Source: Anolis carolinensis
Lineage: Eukaryota
Length of the DNA: 64,000 bases
Assembly (NCBI RefSeq): GCF_035594765.1
Contig: NC_085844.1
Location: 144,600,107 to 144,664,106 of the forward strand
Direction of reading: 5' to 3'
Positions within the stretch are counted from its first letter, which is position 1. Every line of letters starts with the position of its first letter. Under the pieces are notes generated by a model that was given only the letters and a program-made list of their open reading frames with translations, was not told the DNA's origin and ran no database searches. Position numbers and translations under genes: made by a program. Below, one piece after another: positions 1-12,866 of the stretch.

Positions 1-826
1 TGCTTTCTGGGAGTGTACCTCCCCAAACTCTCCAGACAAAATGACAATATCAATATACTGAAAGCTGGCAATGGAAAAATTAGTGCTTATGACATTTTCA
101 AAAATGGTATTCGGGATTAAGTAACCTGTTTAATTTTTTTTTTAAAAGAAATTCCACCACAATCCATATCACTATGATTAGGACATAGTTCTATTTGATC
201 TGATTTTATTGTGACTTGTTTAGGAACAAACCTGTGTTCACCTTCAGAGCCTTCCCATTTTGTTCTCTTTTCCCATTTGTCTTCCTTATCATATTTACAA
301 AGTCCCCATGTACAAAATACCACAATACTGATGGACAACTGTGTTCAAACTTTTTCAAGTTTCTTTCTATGGATTAAAGTTTCTCCCTTTTGGCTGTACT
401 ATTCTTATACCATTATCCAATGACTTCAAAGCAAATGTCAGAGATGAATTCTGTAACATGAGCAGAAGATGTACAATATATATCAAGACAGGCAAAAGTC
501 TGATATAGGAAAGAGCCTACTTAAGGTAAGCTGGCTTTCACTTTGTCTATTTGAAGGCTATTTCAAAGCATAGGACCTGCAACATTGAGCCTTGAGATAG
601 AGAAAGCTCAGACGTCACTTTTATCCAATCCCATTATCTGAATCTTTCAAAGAACCTTGGCTTTCAATTAAATAATGCAAATTCTGGGTTATTTTCTCAA
701 AGCATTTCAGGTATAGCTATTTTCATTGCAATCCTACACAGAGTTGACTGCTTACATTTTATAGGAATGAGTGCTGTTTTAATAACCCAAGCCATGCACA
801 AAAGAATGTCAAAATAATTGCTGTCA

Positions 827-827
<1 letters not shown>

Positions 828-877
<50 letters not shown>

Positions 878-920
878 GTTTATTTATACCCGACTTTATC
901 TCTACTGAAGGAGAGTCAAA
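828..920 (-). repeat. (TTA)n microsatellite joined to an L2-type 3' tail fragment
   Basis: ATT repeat at 828-877, then TTTATTTATACCCGACTTTATCTCTACTGAAGGAGAGTCAAA, which resembles the reverse-complemented L2/SINE tails elsewhere in the window. Confidence 0.8.
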
Positions 921-954
921 TATTGCCTATTTAGGGCTTAAACCCCCTAAAATT

Positions 955-1350
955 ACAAAATTCTGTCTGAACCAGGAAGCTAAGCAACCTCAGGTCTGGT
1001 TAGTACTTGAATGGGAAACTCACAATAAAGACCACTTGCTGTTGGATATATTATAGATCAGGGGTGTCACATTCATTTTCACCAAGGGTCATATCAGTCT
1101 TACGGATGTAATTGTAATGGTAAAGGACCAATTGTATTTGTAAGACAGTACAAATGCACTGGCATTGAAAGCCTTGTGGGTAACATAAAATGATGTGGTG
1201 GGCCAGATTCGGCCTATGGGCCTTGCATTTGACAAGTGTGTTATAGAGGAAGGGACTTGCAAAACCACCTCTGAGTATTCTTTACCTAAGAAAACTCTAT
1301 GAAATTCACTGAGATTCTATATGTTGGCATGCAGCTTGAAAGCATACAGA
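955..1350 (+). mobile_element. 5S rRNA-derived SINE, split by a hAT MITE at 1059-1240
   Basis: 5S internal control region-like GGAAGCTAAGCAACCTCAGGTCTGGTTAGTACTTGAATGGGAAAC; the body resumes at 1241 with AAAACCACCTCTGAGTATTCTTTACCTAAGAAAACTCTATGAAATTC (Bov-B/RTE-like tail). Confidence 0.8.
1059..1240. mobile_element. Non-autonomous hAT MITE
   Basis: Ends CAGGGGTGTC...TTTGACAAGTGTG; 8-bp TSD TTATAGAT (1051-1058) / TTATAGAG (1241-1248); same family as 40690-41840. Confidence 0.85.
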
Positions 1351-3314
1351 TGTTACCAAATATGAGCACTGATGTTTGCTTGTTTGTTTTAATGGTATTT
1401 TTAACAGGAATAAAAGTTGCACTTTGAGAATATCATTTTTGTGGCTTGCACAGTGCATGCTATCAAATGAACCAATTTATTCCTTTGTCCACACTTGTAG
1501 GCATATGCAAGCATACTGTGTAACTATCTGCCCAATTTCAGTAGCATTGCTAGGAATGTGTCTTGGTAAAACACCTCCATGCCATCTTGGATTGCAAATC
1601 TAATTCATATCATTAAGTTCGGACCAAGAAAAGGGTTTGTTTTCATTCCAAATGAACTTTTTCTAATTTTCTAGAGCTTTTAAATTAACCAGTCTCCTCT
1701 TTAGTGTTCTTCTTTTACTGACGTTTAATGCTGTTTCAATGATTGTATTTAATTATATTTATTGCATTTTGTGTTTGCTTCACCATTTTAGAGGCCCTAG
1801 ATCTCAGGTCCCAGATCTCAGTCTCAGGACTAGCCCCCTCTTCTGGGTCTCAGGATGAGAGGAGAAATCTCTGGAAAAGAGTTATGCCTTGAAAAGAAGT
1901 GACTTGTTCTGTAAACTGTAAGTGCCCATTGCCACAATCTGCACTAAAAAAGCCTATAGTATAGAGACTCCAGAATTTTCTCCCTGTTGATACTTAATGA
2001 TTTGTTTTAACAACCTCATCAGGGCCTGGCTCCCAGTGATATCACTAGGTCTCAGTTTGGGATATAAAATCCCAGGGTCTGCAACCCTATTTTATATTTA
2101 TTGTCCTTTGCCCTAATCTATATTGAGGATGCTTCATATATCTCCAATCAAATAATTAAATTCTAGAGATTATGGTTTTGCTTCATAGTGGAAAAATTCC
2201 CCAAGCCAGAACTGAATCCAACTTATTTAGACTACTTTGAGAGATGTCCAAACTAAAATTGGATATCTTCAGAGCAGAACAAATCCATATTGGAGCATTC
2301 ATCAGGAAACTGGGCACTGGAGAACACTGAGAGTTCTTATCCCACAGTTGATATATTTCTACCTAAAGCCTTCCATAAAGGGAAAATAGAAGGATGGAAG
2401 GAGTGGAGAACCGGTCTAGCATCTAATCAGCATGCTTTTTTATATCAGGGTTTCCCAATCCCAGTGCTTTGGGAGAAAGAGGCTGAAATAATATATCACA
2501 AGACTGATTTAGTATTGAGATTTTTTTCTCCAAAGATTAAAAATGTTTTGGTGGAGTCTAGGTCATGAAGGTTGCACTGGAGCACATGAGCTGTTCAAGC
2601 CCTTCTGCTTCTGCCACTGAATGCTTCACATCCATAACTTACTTCATCTCATTATGCTTCCTGTTACTTTGATACAAAGCATAACTCCTTTATTCCTGTA
2701 CCTATCTTGCTGAATCTGTAGCAGAGGTCAGCACTTGTGAATGGTCTGGGTACAATCTCCCATCCCCAGAAGCTGCCATGGCCTTATAATAATGAAAAGA
2801 AATAAAGAGACAAAACAAAAAGCTGTTGGAAGTCTGCTTTCAATTTCCTTTAATTTTTGAAGGGCCAGCATTCACCCAACCAGCTTCCCCTCTCTGAGAT
2901 GTACCCATGTGTCCTTCTTTCTTTAAATCCAGTATTCCTCCCTTCGACTATTTTAACCATAATCCCAGCACTTCCTTCAAAGTCTATTGCTCGCTCTCTC
3001 TAGGTGAAAAGTTTCTTTTGTGTTGTTTTCTTAGTCTGGTTCTGCAGCTTCATCATTCCACCTGCTTCCAGTTGATTCTTCTACTGTTCCATCAAATCTC
3101 TGACATATCCTCAATCAAAGCAGAAAACAGGCTGTATGTTTTAGTTTCTCTCCATATCTTTTGTCATATTTCTGCCTCCATCTCTTCATCTGGTGACTGC
3201 ATTTACTTTCATTTAACCAATGGAGAGTTAACACCTTCAGCTTGTAGTCTTTAGCACATCTCTTCTAAAACAGCATTGTAATCAGATAGTCAGCTTCTGT
3301 TGTTTCATCTAAGA

Positions 3315-3403
3315 CAGTGTTTCCCTAACAGCTGGTAAACTGGCTGGGATTTCTGGGAATTGTAGGCCAAAACACCTGGTGACCCACAGGTTGAGAACCA
3401 CTG
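3315..3403. mobile_element. hAT MITE (internally deleted copy of the CAGTGGTTCTCAACC family)
   Basis: Ends GGTTGAGAACCACTG; TSD ATCTAAGA (3307-3314) / ATATAAGA (3404-3411); homologous to 33838-33971 and 58665-58787. Confidence 0.85.
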
Positions 3404-4204
3404 ATATAAGAGCTTAACTGTAACTACCACAAAATCCGATTCCAGTTCAGAGTAGAAATACTTCTTTTCTCATGACAAGTCCATCTCTCTCTTTTTCTAC
3501 ATCCAATTCTAAATGCAAAAATACATACAAAAACAGCCAACCTTCATATTTCAAAAAGTTATTCTCATCATTTCAAAGTTCTGTTTTAGGACTCCACACC
3601 CCTTTTCACATTTAAAAGATTTGCTGCTTTCAATTCACAACCATAGCATTGCTTGAAACAAGTCCATTGTATTTCTCTTGTGAACTACAAAAGGATTGGA
3701 AATCACCAAAAGCACTAAATAATCACTGACATGAAGGCTTCTTTTTTATTCTTGAGTCCAAGAATCAGTATCAATGGGATGATAGTTGAAAAAGAGAATG
3801 TGATGATGACTTAATGAACCATTAGGGCTTCTGTACAGCAAGAAGAGCAGATTGAATTCTCCTGGAAATAACTCCCACCTCTTTCCTGAATAATTGCAGC
3901 AGTCTTCAGGGACTTGATGGAGTTTACAGACACTCTTGGGCACACTCCTCATTACCCACTTTCAACACTCATTGGAAATTCCATGATAGACACTTGGCTC
4001 TAAGCAAGATCTCAGAAGTCATATCTCTATCAAAGTCAGAACCACTTCTGTTCTATATGCCATCAGTATCAAGGGGAAACTGATCATTCTATGGAAATGA
4101 CCAAAGAAGAAATGCTCAAGTTACTGTGCACAACCATTTAATATAAAAAGAATGTAACATGGCTTCTACTGAACTCAGTACATATTTAGTACTGATCAAG
4201 TTAT

Positions 4205-4415
4205 GTGTTGTTGTGTGCCCTCAAGTCATTTCCAATTTATGAGACCCTTAAGGTCATGGGTTTTCTTGGCAAGATTTGGTCAGAGTGGGATTGTATTTGC
4301 TTTACTCTGAGGCTGAAAGAGTGTGATTTTCCCAAGATCACTCAGTGGGTTTTCATGACCAAGGAGGGATATGAATTCTGGTATCCAGAGTTGTAGTCAA
4401 AACAGCTACACCATT
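4205..4415 (-). mobile_element. tRNA-derived SINE with RTE/Bov-B-like tail (older family)
   Basis: GTTGTTGTGTGCCCTCAAGTC...CTTGGCAAGATTTG...CTGAGGCTGAAAGAGTGTGA; homologous copies at 26641, 39145 and 50560. Confidence 0.8.
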
Positions 4416-4749
4416 CTGACTGGGTAACTGCTAGCAAACCTGCCTGCTGCAGAGAAGAGATTGTAGAATAGTTTTCAGTTTGCCTGGGTAACTAGAATCC
4501 AATATTCATCTTATAGCTCCCATGTGGGAGCAGCAGCTCTATGGAACAGCCATAAAATGATATGAGAATGATATGGATGACCAATCATAGCTAGCTATAA
4601 CAGTACAAAAGGAAGATTTTATGAAAAGGCAATAAATGGCTAGCTATTTAATGTAGGCTTATGCTATTAGTAGTAGTAGTAGTGGTAACAGTAGTACTAG
4701 CTGCCAAATGCAAAGTATTTCTATTTTGCCCCTTGTTTGCAAATTTCAA

Positions 4750-5070
4750 GATAGGTAAAGGTTTTCCCCTGACATTACGTCTTGTCATGTCCAACTTTGG
4801 GGATTGGTGCTCATCTCCATTTCTAAGCCAAAGAATTGGAGTTGCCTGTAGATACCTCCAAGGTCATATGGCTTGCATGACTGCATGACGCGCCCTTCCT
4901 GCCAAAGCAGTACCTATTGATCTGCTCATATTTTGTATGTTTTCAAACTGCTAGACTGGCAGAAGCTGGGGTTGAGAGTGGGAACTCACCCCACTCCCCA
5001 GATTCGAACTGGCAACCTTTTGGTCAGCAAGTTCAGCAGCCCAGTAGTTTAACCGGTACGCGCCACTGGG
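4750..5070 (-). mobile_element. Sauria SINE
   Basis: AGGTAAAGGTTTTCCCCTGACATT tail, GTGCTCATCTCCATTTCTAAGCC core, tRNA-like head with B-box; reverse complement of 18248-18586. Confidence 0.92.
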
Positions 5071-5628
5071 TAGTATACAAAATTTATTGAACAGAACCAT
5101 CAGGATACAACATAGATGATCAATGATAAGACAAAGGATCTCACTAACAGTATTATTAAAACTGGCAAACATTCAGCTAAGCAAGACCAGCTACTCACTA
5201 AAACACAAGTTATATTGTGAAAAAGAGGATGCCATGACTTAAAAGGATTTATCTCCCTGGTTGTAGATGTTCAAGTGAGGGAACTATTTGAAAACTATGA
5301 TTTATTCCTTTTCATGAAAAGACATATGAGGGAAAGAGAAAGCACTATGTCCCTGATACAAAGTTGTCAATGGTTTTATATGCCAGTTTCTGGAAATGAA
5401 GTATTTGCTCTCTTGCCACAAACAATAAAATGGCCTAGACCAGCTGTGATGACATTGGATGCATCTACACTGTAGAATTAATGCCATTTGACACCACTTT
5501 AACTGTCATGACTCAGTGCTGTAGGAAATCTAGTTTGGCGAGGCACCAGCACACTTTGGCAGTGTAGGTGAAAGACCTTGTAAAGCTACAAGTCCCATGA
5601 TTTCATAGCATAGAGCTATGGCAGTTAA

Positions 5629-7114
5629 TGCTCATTGAATCCCCACCGCGAAAATGTCACGACCCAGGCTGCAGAGCACCAATAACCATACACAGAGGCC
5701 AGAATCTATCTAATATCTTTATTAAGGGAATATATAAAGTTAATAAAAGCAAGTGTAAGAAATAGTTCAGAAGTAGACCTTTCAGGGAAGGTCAAAATTA
5801 GTCCAAAGAAACAATGTCCAGTATGAAATATTAAGGTCCAAAGTTGTAATCCAATAACCGAAACACTCACTTTGCCAAGCAAAGTGAGGGGAGATGACAA
5901 GGTCCTTTAGTCCATGAAACTTGAGCAAGGCTAGGAAGTAACTTGATTCTTGGAACACAAGGCTTGAAACAAGGCAACAAGAAACGAGGAGCAAGAACAA
6001 GATCCGTGGTAATTACTTGGCAAGGTCCGGGAAGCAAGGCAAGATCCGGGGAGTAAACAAGGCTGGGAGCGGAGGCTTGGAAACAGGAACGAGGCTTGAA
6101 AACAGGAACGAGGCTTGGAAGCGGGAGTAGCGCTGTCCACACACACTACTCCAGTAGCTGACGAATTGACTCCGCAAGATTCCTAAAGGGCAAGGAACCT
6201 AAATAGGTTCTCGTTTCCCCACCAAAGAACACTTCTCTGGGGAATCAGAAACGAAAGTCAATCTCTGTGCCCAGATGTATGACTCCCTAAAATTTCTCAT
6301 GGGAGCAGGCTTAATCATCTGAATGCTTTGCTGCGATTCTCAGGCTTCTGCGATTAGCCTGCTGAACTCCTTTTTGTTGCTGATAATAATTACGGTGAGA
6401 AAATGGGGGAGATTTTGACTCAGGGCTTGTTTGGCAGATTTCTGGAGGACAAACCTCCTGCAGGTGCAAGGGCTCCAATTCTGGCTGGGAAAGTTCCCTT
6501 TCTGGCTGAAATGGTGGAAAACCCAAGTTTTCCTCTTCATCCGTCACAACAGCACTAGGAACGGGACTACATGGCCCATGAGTCATCACAGAAAAAAAGA
6601 GACCAGACACAAGATGTGGAGAAATAAATGGGCCATTTATTGACCTAATTATAAAACTGGTAATTGAGATAATTGACTAGTTGTGGGGGAGAGCACTGCG
6701 ACATGGGTAATGGTGAGGCCAGGTATCTTTTGGGACCACCTGCCAAGCCAACCCCTGGGCGAAACACCTGACCCAGGGGACACTCCACATTGATGGTTTG
6801 CTGTCCCTGACGGTCACTACTGGAAGGCCATCCCTGGGCACCTCTCCCCCAGACCATAAAGCCCCCTAGGAGAGAGGCGAACTCCCCAAGGTAAGCCCTA
6901 AGGGAGATATTTTGGGGAACCCCCTAAGCCATAGAGCCTACAGAGATAACCCAAAATCCCCCCTTCACCCCGGTATGGAAGGATGCCAAGGTACACCGAT
7001 CCAAGTTCTCCCCCACTTCCTGACAGTGACACCTATTTATCCAGCCCCCACCTGTTTAAATTCCTTACTCCCAGCAACTTCAATATGGGGTAGGCCTCTG
7101 TCTGGAGGTGCGTG
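5629..7114 (-). mobile_element. LTR-like fragment (5629-5654 plus 6596-7114) hosting the solo LTR
   Basis: Minus strand reads AATAAATGGCCCATTTATTT...CTTGTGTCTGGTCTC...CAATGAGCA, a polyA-signal/U5-like end finishing in CA; GC-rich; no matching TG 5' end found. Confidence 0.5.
5655..6590 (-). mobile_element. Solo LTR (probably Gypsy-type), 936 bp
   Basis: Termini TGTCACGAC...GTCATCACA (TG..CA with short inverted repeat); perfect 5-bp TSD GAAAA at 5650-5654 and 6591-6595; AATAAA on the minus strand near 5720; internal GGCTTGRAAACAGGAAC repeats. Confidence 0.9.
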
Positions 7115-8369
7115 TTAATTCTACACTGTAGGTGTACCATTTGTTGGGAATCTATCACATCCATTCTCTAAGCAATTGAGAGACATCTGCATAGTGAGCA
7201 AATTAAAAATGGCAACACTGTTATGTGGGAGTAGCTCTGGTGGCGTTTTACGTGGAAGGTTTGCCAAGAGACCTGGATATAGGTTCACAATCTGTAGTGG
7301 AAGTGGCAATATGCAGAGGCCCTTGTTCTTGGAGCCTCCTCTTTACAACTATTGCCACATTTGCCTCTGCACTAGTCCCACACCATGCTTTTTCAAATAG
7401 AGGGAAATACAGGTTTTGCATGCCTTTTTCATGTAGAATCACAGAAGATTTCCAAAATTCCTGGTTTAGCTTGAAAATCAGGTACATCTTTTGCAAACAC
7501 CTCATTTCAAACATGAATTGCTTGGTTCAATGCTCCAAAATGTGGAATTAAGAGTGGCAGGATGGGCAACAAATTAGAAGGAGAGTATAGCCCCATAGTG
7601 AGGATAGTGAGTGATCTGCCACTCTCTTAAAACTGTCTCCTCCAGATCTGTACAAGAAAGTGAGTTTGTACTTTTAATTTCTGGCAAAAAGACATCATCT
7701 CAGTCACACATAACATATCTTGAAAATTGGTTTCAGAGCTATGTGGCAGGCTTCAACTTGCCCCCCTTCCACTCAGTAGGACATGCTCACTGGAACCACA
7801 GGGTACCTAATTTAATCCTGTGCAATTTTCTGCTTTGAGCAGGAGGAGAAAAAAACAACCCTATATATTTTAGACAAAAGAAACTGGAGGTGTTTTGACA
7901 ATGTGTTGCAAATGTCTAGCTTGATGGGATGCAAAGAAATAATAGTGACAGGATGTCTCTCTTTCTGTAGAAAGGAAACTATAGTAAACATGTGGTGCAT
8001 GCTACCTGTTCTCCTCTTCTGTTTGGCATATTAATCTCATTTCCCATGAGTGTAGTGACAATAAAATGATTTCTTCATTAGCTGCTGCAGTGGCTGGATC
8101 CAATAGCAGTTAGGTAAAAAGGTATTCCTTGATTGAATGAAGCTACTCAAAAAACAACCCTGCTGTGTTTCCTGGAATATTTAACTTTGACTGTTCTACA
8201 TGGCCAACATAATGTGGACTTACTGTGCATGGCCAAAATAATGTGGACCCACTGCACATCTGCTGCATTCAGCCTTTACTCCAGAAGAACAGATTTTGGG
8301 ATTTTTTTCTGGAATTTTCTAGAAGCTCCAGGACGATCCCACAGTTTTGGAGGTGTGGATAGCTGGATT

Positions 8370-8430
8370 CAAGAAGGTCAGTCCCAGAAGCATCCTGGCA
8401 GCAAGAAGGTCAGTCCCAGAAGCATCCTGG
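8370..8430. repeat. Tandem duplication, 32-bp period
   Basis: CAAGAAGGTCAGTCCCAGAAGCATCCTGG at 8370-8398 and 8402-8430. Confidence 0.9.
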
Positions 8431-9551
8431 TAACATATTTCTGGTGATGTCATGTTGGTTGCTAAGCCACATGACCAGAAATGTGATGTCATCAGCAATG
8501 CCTCTTGGAGAGGCCAGCTTGATGGCAGTGCTGTAGTGGTGGCCCCAATGCACTCTTGGCCAAACTGGTCATGTGAACAGTCAAAGGGCTCCAGGGATGC
8601 TCCCAGAAATGCATCAGAACAGTTTTAGAGCCCTTTAGGTTGTACTACTTAAAGTGTAGACATTGCCTTAGAGAGTCTGAATTCTTGGTCTTGATTTCCT
8701 TAAAAATGTCTCCATAGCACTGTAGTTAACTTCCCCTTTCATGTCCTTTTCTGACCGAATTATCTCATTTTTAATTAGAAGTTTTAGGGGGAATCCTATG
8801 AAACCCTCTGGAAAGAACTTTCGGTGCACATGGAATGAAGGAGGGGGTTAATCCCACTTCATGTGCCCTCAGAATCTGATCTACAAGATTGGGATATGCT
8901 ACCAATCAAATATTAATGGGCATGGAGGGCTGCAGAAAAAGATTTTAACAATTCCATTATATGAGCGGATCACTTTAAATTTTGCTTCACCACTCTACAA
9001 TGCAAAAAGTATTTTATATATTTCACAAATCTAAATTATAGTAGATTTGGGCCTCCACAGATGAGGATAGGCACATACAGGCATCTGCTTCTGAACATAG
9101 GAGAGCAAAGCCCGCTAGTGAGGCTCTCCCCCGGGAGGGTTATCATGGCAAAGGGAAGATCAGCTTTGTGCCTTCCATGGGTCAGAAAAAGAGCTTTTTG
9201 GGGGAGCTTGTTCCTGGAAGAACACTTGACTCCAAATTCCACATCTTTGAATTTCCAAATGGGAGATAGGAAAGTTTCTCCATCATTCAGCAGGTATTCA
9301 TGGATTGTATGTGGATATATATTGTTAACCATTTAGCTGATGTGAGAAGCATGTAATCAAAAGGCTGGGTATAAATAAACAGATCAATACATAAAAAAAC
9401 CTAAAGGTGAAACCATGATTTTGTATGAAGAGGGAATTAGAAGAATCTGGTATATTACCACATATCCAACAGCATGGTACCATTGCTCTGAAGTCTTAAG
9501 AACTGAGAGCATCATGGCAAGCATAATATTTATTATGTTATTTTTCATTTA

Positions 9552-9963
9552 CAGGCAGTTACAAACAAAACAGGTTTTGCCAGTTTATCCTTAAGTTGAA
9601 TTTGTAAGTCAAAACAGATACATTTTTTTAAGTGTAACTCCAGTAAAAATACATACATTTTAGCTTTGGATATCATAGGGATGGGTTAACCCCCTGTGGT
9701 GTTTGTTTTGCTGTCTGTGTCCCTGTTCAGAAGATTTCACCTCACTTTCCCTGTGATAATTGGATTATGAAAAATTTGGCTTGCTGTGGAAACAAGGATT
9801 TTGGTGATAAAGCTTCTGTGGAGACACGTTTTCCCCATGATAACTCTTTCAGGAGTAAATTTCCCTTCCTGGGGGTAGATTTGTCTCATTTCCTGTTGTC
9901 TCACCCCCATTCTTAACTATGAGTCATTTGTAAGTTGGATGCTTGTAACTCGGGGACTGCCTA
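9552..9963. mobile_element. Tc1/mariner (pogo/Tigger-like) non-autonomous element
   Basis: TA-CAGGCAG...CTCGGGGACTGCCT; colinear with 27742-28133 and 59378-59556. Confidence 0.85.
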
Positions 9964-10546
9964 TCTATGAAAGTTGCTATGAACCCTTGAGAAATTTCTT
10001 CTCATTTTAAAGCTTTTACTTGCATACCACCAATAGGAATGTAATTCATCCCACACCCCACTTTAAAAGAAAACCTTTAGTTGTTTGGCCTCTTTTATTT
10101 GGTATAACAATACATGGATATAATAATAATTAAATATCTCACTGTATCTCTGATTGGGAATTGTTTAGATGAAAGGAAGATCCTTATATTCTATTCTGAC
10201 TTCTATTCTGTCACATTGTAGATTGGTCAAGAAGCATCACCCAGAATGAAGCTGTTGGGAATGATATCAGGAAGACCAAAATGATCTTCTAACCCTGGGG
10301 GTGCTTTGCTTCTAAAAACAGAGAGTCTATATAGGATGCAAGTTTGCTTCTCCATCCTGACCACAGATAATCTGGATTTAAAAAGAAGATGATACATTTC
10401 CTACAACTTCATCAGACTGGTGGGAGAAAGTGGGGGAAAGCGAAGGGAACTGTCTTACCCATTCCCTACCATCTTTCCCTGTCCTTTTCTCATCTTCCCC
10501 TGTCTTTTAGCAGTTTTCCCAGCTTTGGAGTTGGGTAACACCCAAC

Positions 10547-10695
10547 TCCTGAAGATGGACTTCTGGCTCCATTTTCATGTGCTTAGGAAATAGAGTGACA
10601 CGGAGTCCTACCAGAATCCCCCTTATGTCATGTGATAGACTCCCATGCGGCTCCATTTTCTAAGTACATAGAGCCAGGAGTCCATCTGATGAGGT
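10547..10695. mobile_element. Small palindromic MITE
   Basis: Arms GATGGACTTCTGGCTC..GTGCTTAGGAAATAGAG and CTCCATTTTCTAAGTAC..GAGCCAGGAGTCCATC. Confidence 0.65.
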
Positions 10696-11834
10696 CTATT
10701 CTTCAAGACCATGATTTTTCCAATGTGATTTCCAATACAAAACAATAACATTTAATAAGAATGGTTATTTATAAACATCTCCAATTTGAAATGATTTTAA
10801 AGTCAGCCAGTTCAAATATAATTTCAATTGTCTGTTGCCAAAAATGTATTTTTGAATTAGAAATTGGAAGATTGGTGATTTTTTTCTATGCCACTCTGTT
10901 TAGCCCCCCCCCTTTTTTAAAAAAAAATGAAACCAATGTTTTTTACACAAATAGAATTTTTGGATGTTGTCAACAAATGTAAAGACATCATAAAAACCTG
11001 TGACAAAACTTTGGTAAACTTGATCAGTGGGGAGTAAACTTCTGAAGTTCTTTTTTTTCTTGAATGCAAGAATGAAATAAGGGAATATTTACATCCCAAA
11101 CAGCTGGTGTCACAGAATAGACAACTAGTATGACAACTAGTAATAGCTCCTTTTGTTCTCCTTCCATATATAAATCTTCTCCCTACACACATTTTTCCTG
11201 TCACAATGACTGTTATTTTGCTAGATCACACTAAAGTACTTTGGAATTCAGGGACAACATTCTAACATATCTCTGTTTTAATGTATTTATGCCTGCCTCT
11301 ACTGATAGTCAGGTTTTTATTACTAGGACATAAAAGTGTCTAGTAAACAAAATTCCATTTTATCAGCAGAAAGGTATATTGAGTTTGGAGACTTCCAAAT
11401 GCCCATAAGAGCAAGAAAAGGAAACTTTTAAATAAAGATAAGTATATTCATCCTTATTTCCCACCCCAACACACACACACAAAAAAATCTCTCAACCATT
11501 AACAAAGACATTTGCTTCTGGGGGAAAAATGACTAAATGCAGTATAGGCTTTGTGAGTGGAAAGCAAATGCTAATTATAATTGAGGGCTGGAAAAATGAT
11601 AATGAGTTTTGAACTTTGACTCATGTTTTCTTCCCATGATGATATTTTCAAGCCTTATTTGCTAAATTATGATGGCCAGATAAAAATGTCATTACATGCA
11701 TAATTTATATGTGAATTTTTTTTCCTTCACTGCGGGAGTTAATTTTGTTGGAATGGTACAGGACAGGGAGATTTATTATACATTTGAATAGAACATTGCA
11801 GAGTAGTTTCTAGCAAATATAACCCGCAATCAAG

Positions 11835-11930
11835 GTTAAGCACCTTTAAGTTGCATTGATTTTGGCAAGGGAAGTTTAAGCATGTACTTAATTTCCACAT
11901 TGAAATCAATGGGACTGAAAAGTGCTTAGT
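11835..11930. repeat. Old palindromic repeat (CCCATTGATTTCAATGGG-type)
   Basis: AAGCAC..GCATTGATTT and AAATCAATGGGAC..GTGCTT form imperfect inverted arms. Confidence 0.5.
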
Positions 11931-12243
11931 CTTGGGGGGTTTATCACATTAAGTTGCACCATGCCTCATCAGTGCAATGTTAACAGGAATTTACTTAAGT
12001 GAATATTAGAATTGAGTCGACATCTTTAATTTCTTTTCTGAGTTGGTTTTTTTTAGTTTTTTTTCTCACCCCTGCTAGAAAAATTAAGTCAATTTGCATT
12101 GTTTTCTTTAAACATTCTCTGCCATATTTTTAGGACTGCCCGTTGCTATCACAATGCCACAAATAATACTAAGACTAAAGTATCTTCTGTAGCCAGATTA
12201 CAGTAACCATTGCTGCCACTTCAGGTGGTGACAATATTCAATA

Positions 12244-12537
12244 CTGTTCCATTATCTGGGTGGAGACCAGAAGGATAGACAGAGAAGGATAGTCCATTTT
12301 ATGCAGGAGAAGCGGAGTTGAAGGAGGGAAATCATTTCCCCCATTTTCACTGGCTATTCCCCCCTCCACTTCCCATTTCATAAATGAGGGTTGCTTCCAT
12401 GACAGTGACACGGGTGAGGGGAATAATAGGAAAATGGGGAAATGCTTTTACTCCTTCAAACCCCTCTCCCCCCATAAAATGTACTATCCTTCTCTGTCTA
12501 GCAACCCCTTTTGGCCTCCACCTGGATAATGGAACAC
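12244..12537. mobile_element. Tc1/mariner-type MITE with TA TSD
   Basis: TA-CTGTTCCATTATCTGGGTGGAG...CTCCACCTGGATAATGGAACAC-TA; second copy at 28311-28618. Confidence 0.85.
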
Positions 12538-12699
12538 TAACCAATATTGTTGAAGAGGAAGAGGAAGACTATACTACCACCACCACTTTAGAAGAACTGT
12601 TGAAGGATTTCTGCTCTTTTCTGCTCTAGTCTTTTCTCCAACATCCTAATTTCTTTGGATAATCTAAGAAGCCATCTGGTCACATCTAGTTACCTTAAA

Positions 12700-12866
12700 G
12701 GCACCAAAAATAAGCAGGGTCAGCTATGGCAACTCTTGCATTGGGAGACCATCAATTAATATTAGGAACTACAGGTTTGATTCCCACAGAAGGAACTGGA
12801 TAAACCACCTTGCCCAAGAAAATCCTTTGTAATTCATGGGTTGAATTGACAGGCTACTGGAAGGCT
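12700..12866 (+). mobile_element. Diverged 5S-derived SINE
   Basis: TAAGCAGGGTCAGC...TGGGAGACCA 5S-like head plus AAACCACCTTGCCCAAGAAAATCC tail, similar to 955-1350. Confidence 0.6.

Larger units (their letters stand above)
5457..7138. mobile_element. Palindromic PIF/Harbinger-like MITE split into 5457-5628 and 7115-7138 by nested LTR insertions
   Basis: Left end GGATGCATCTACACTGTAGAATTAA; right end TTAATTCTACACTGTAGGTGTACC reappears at 7115; related copies at 14413, 25052 and 28948. Confidence 0.8.

Noticed and set aside
955-1050. 5S rRNA gene
   Set aside because: Diverged, incomplete and fused to a SINE body and tail
5706-6643. Multiple ORFs in the LTR as gag or env
   Set aside because: No retroviral motifs; the block is one LTR with a TSD and no internal region
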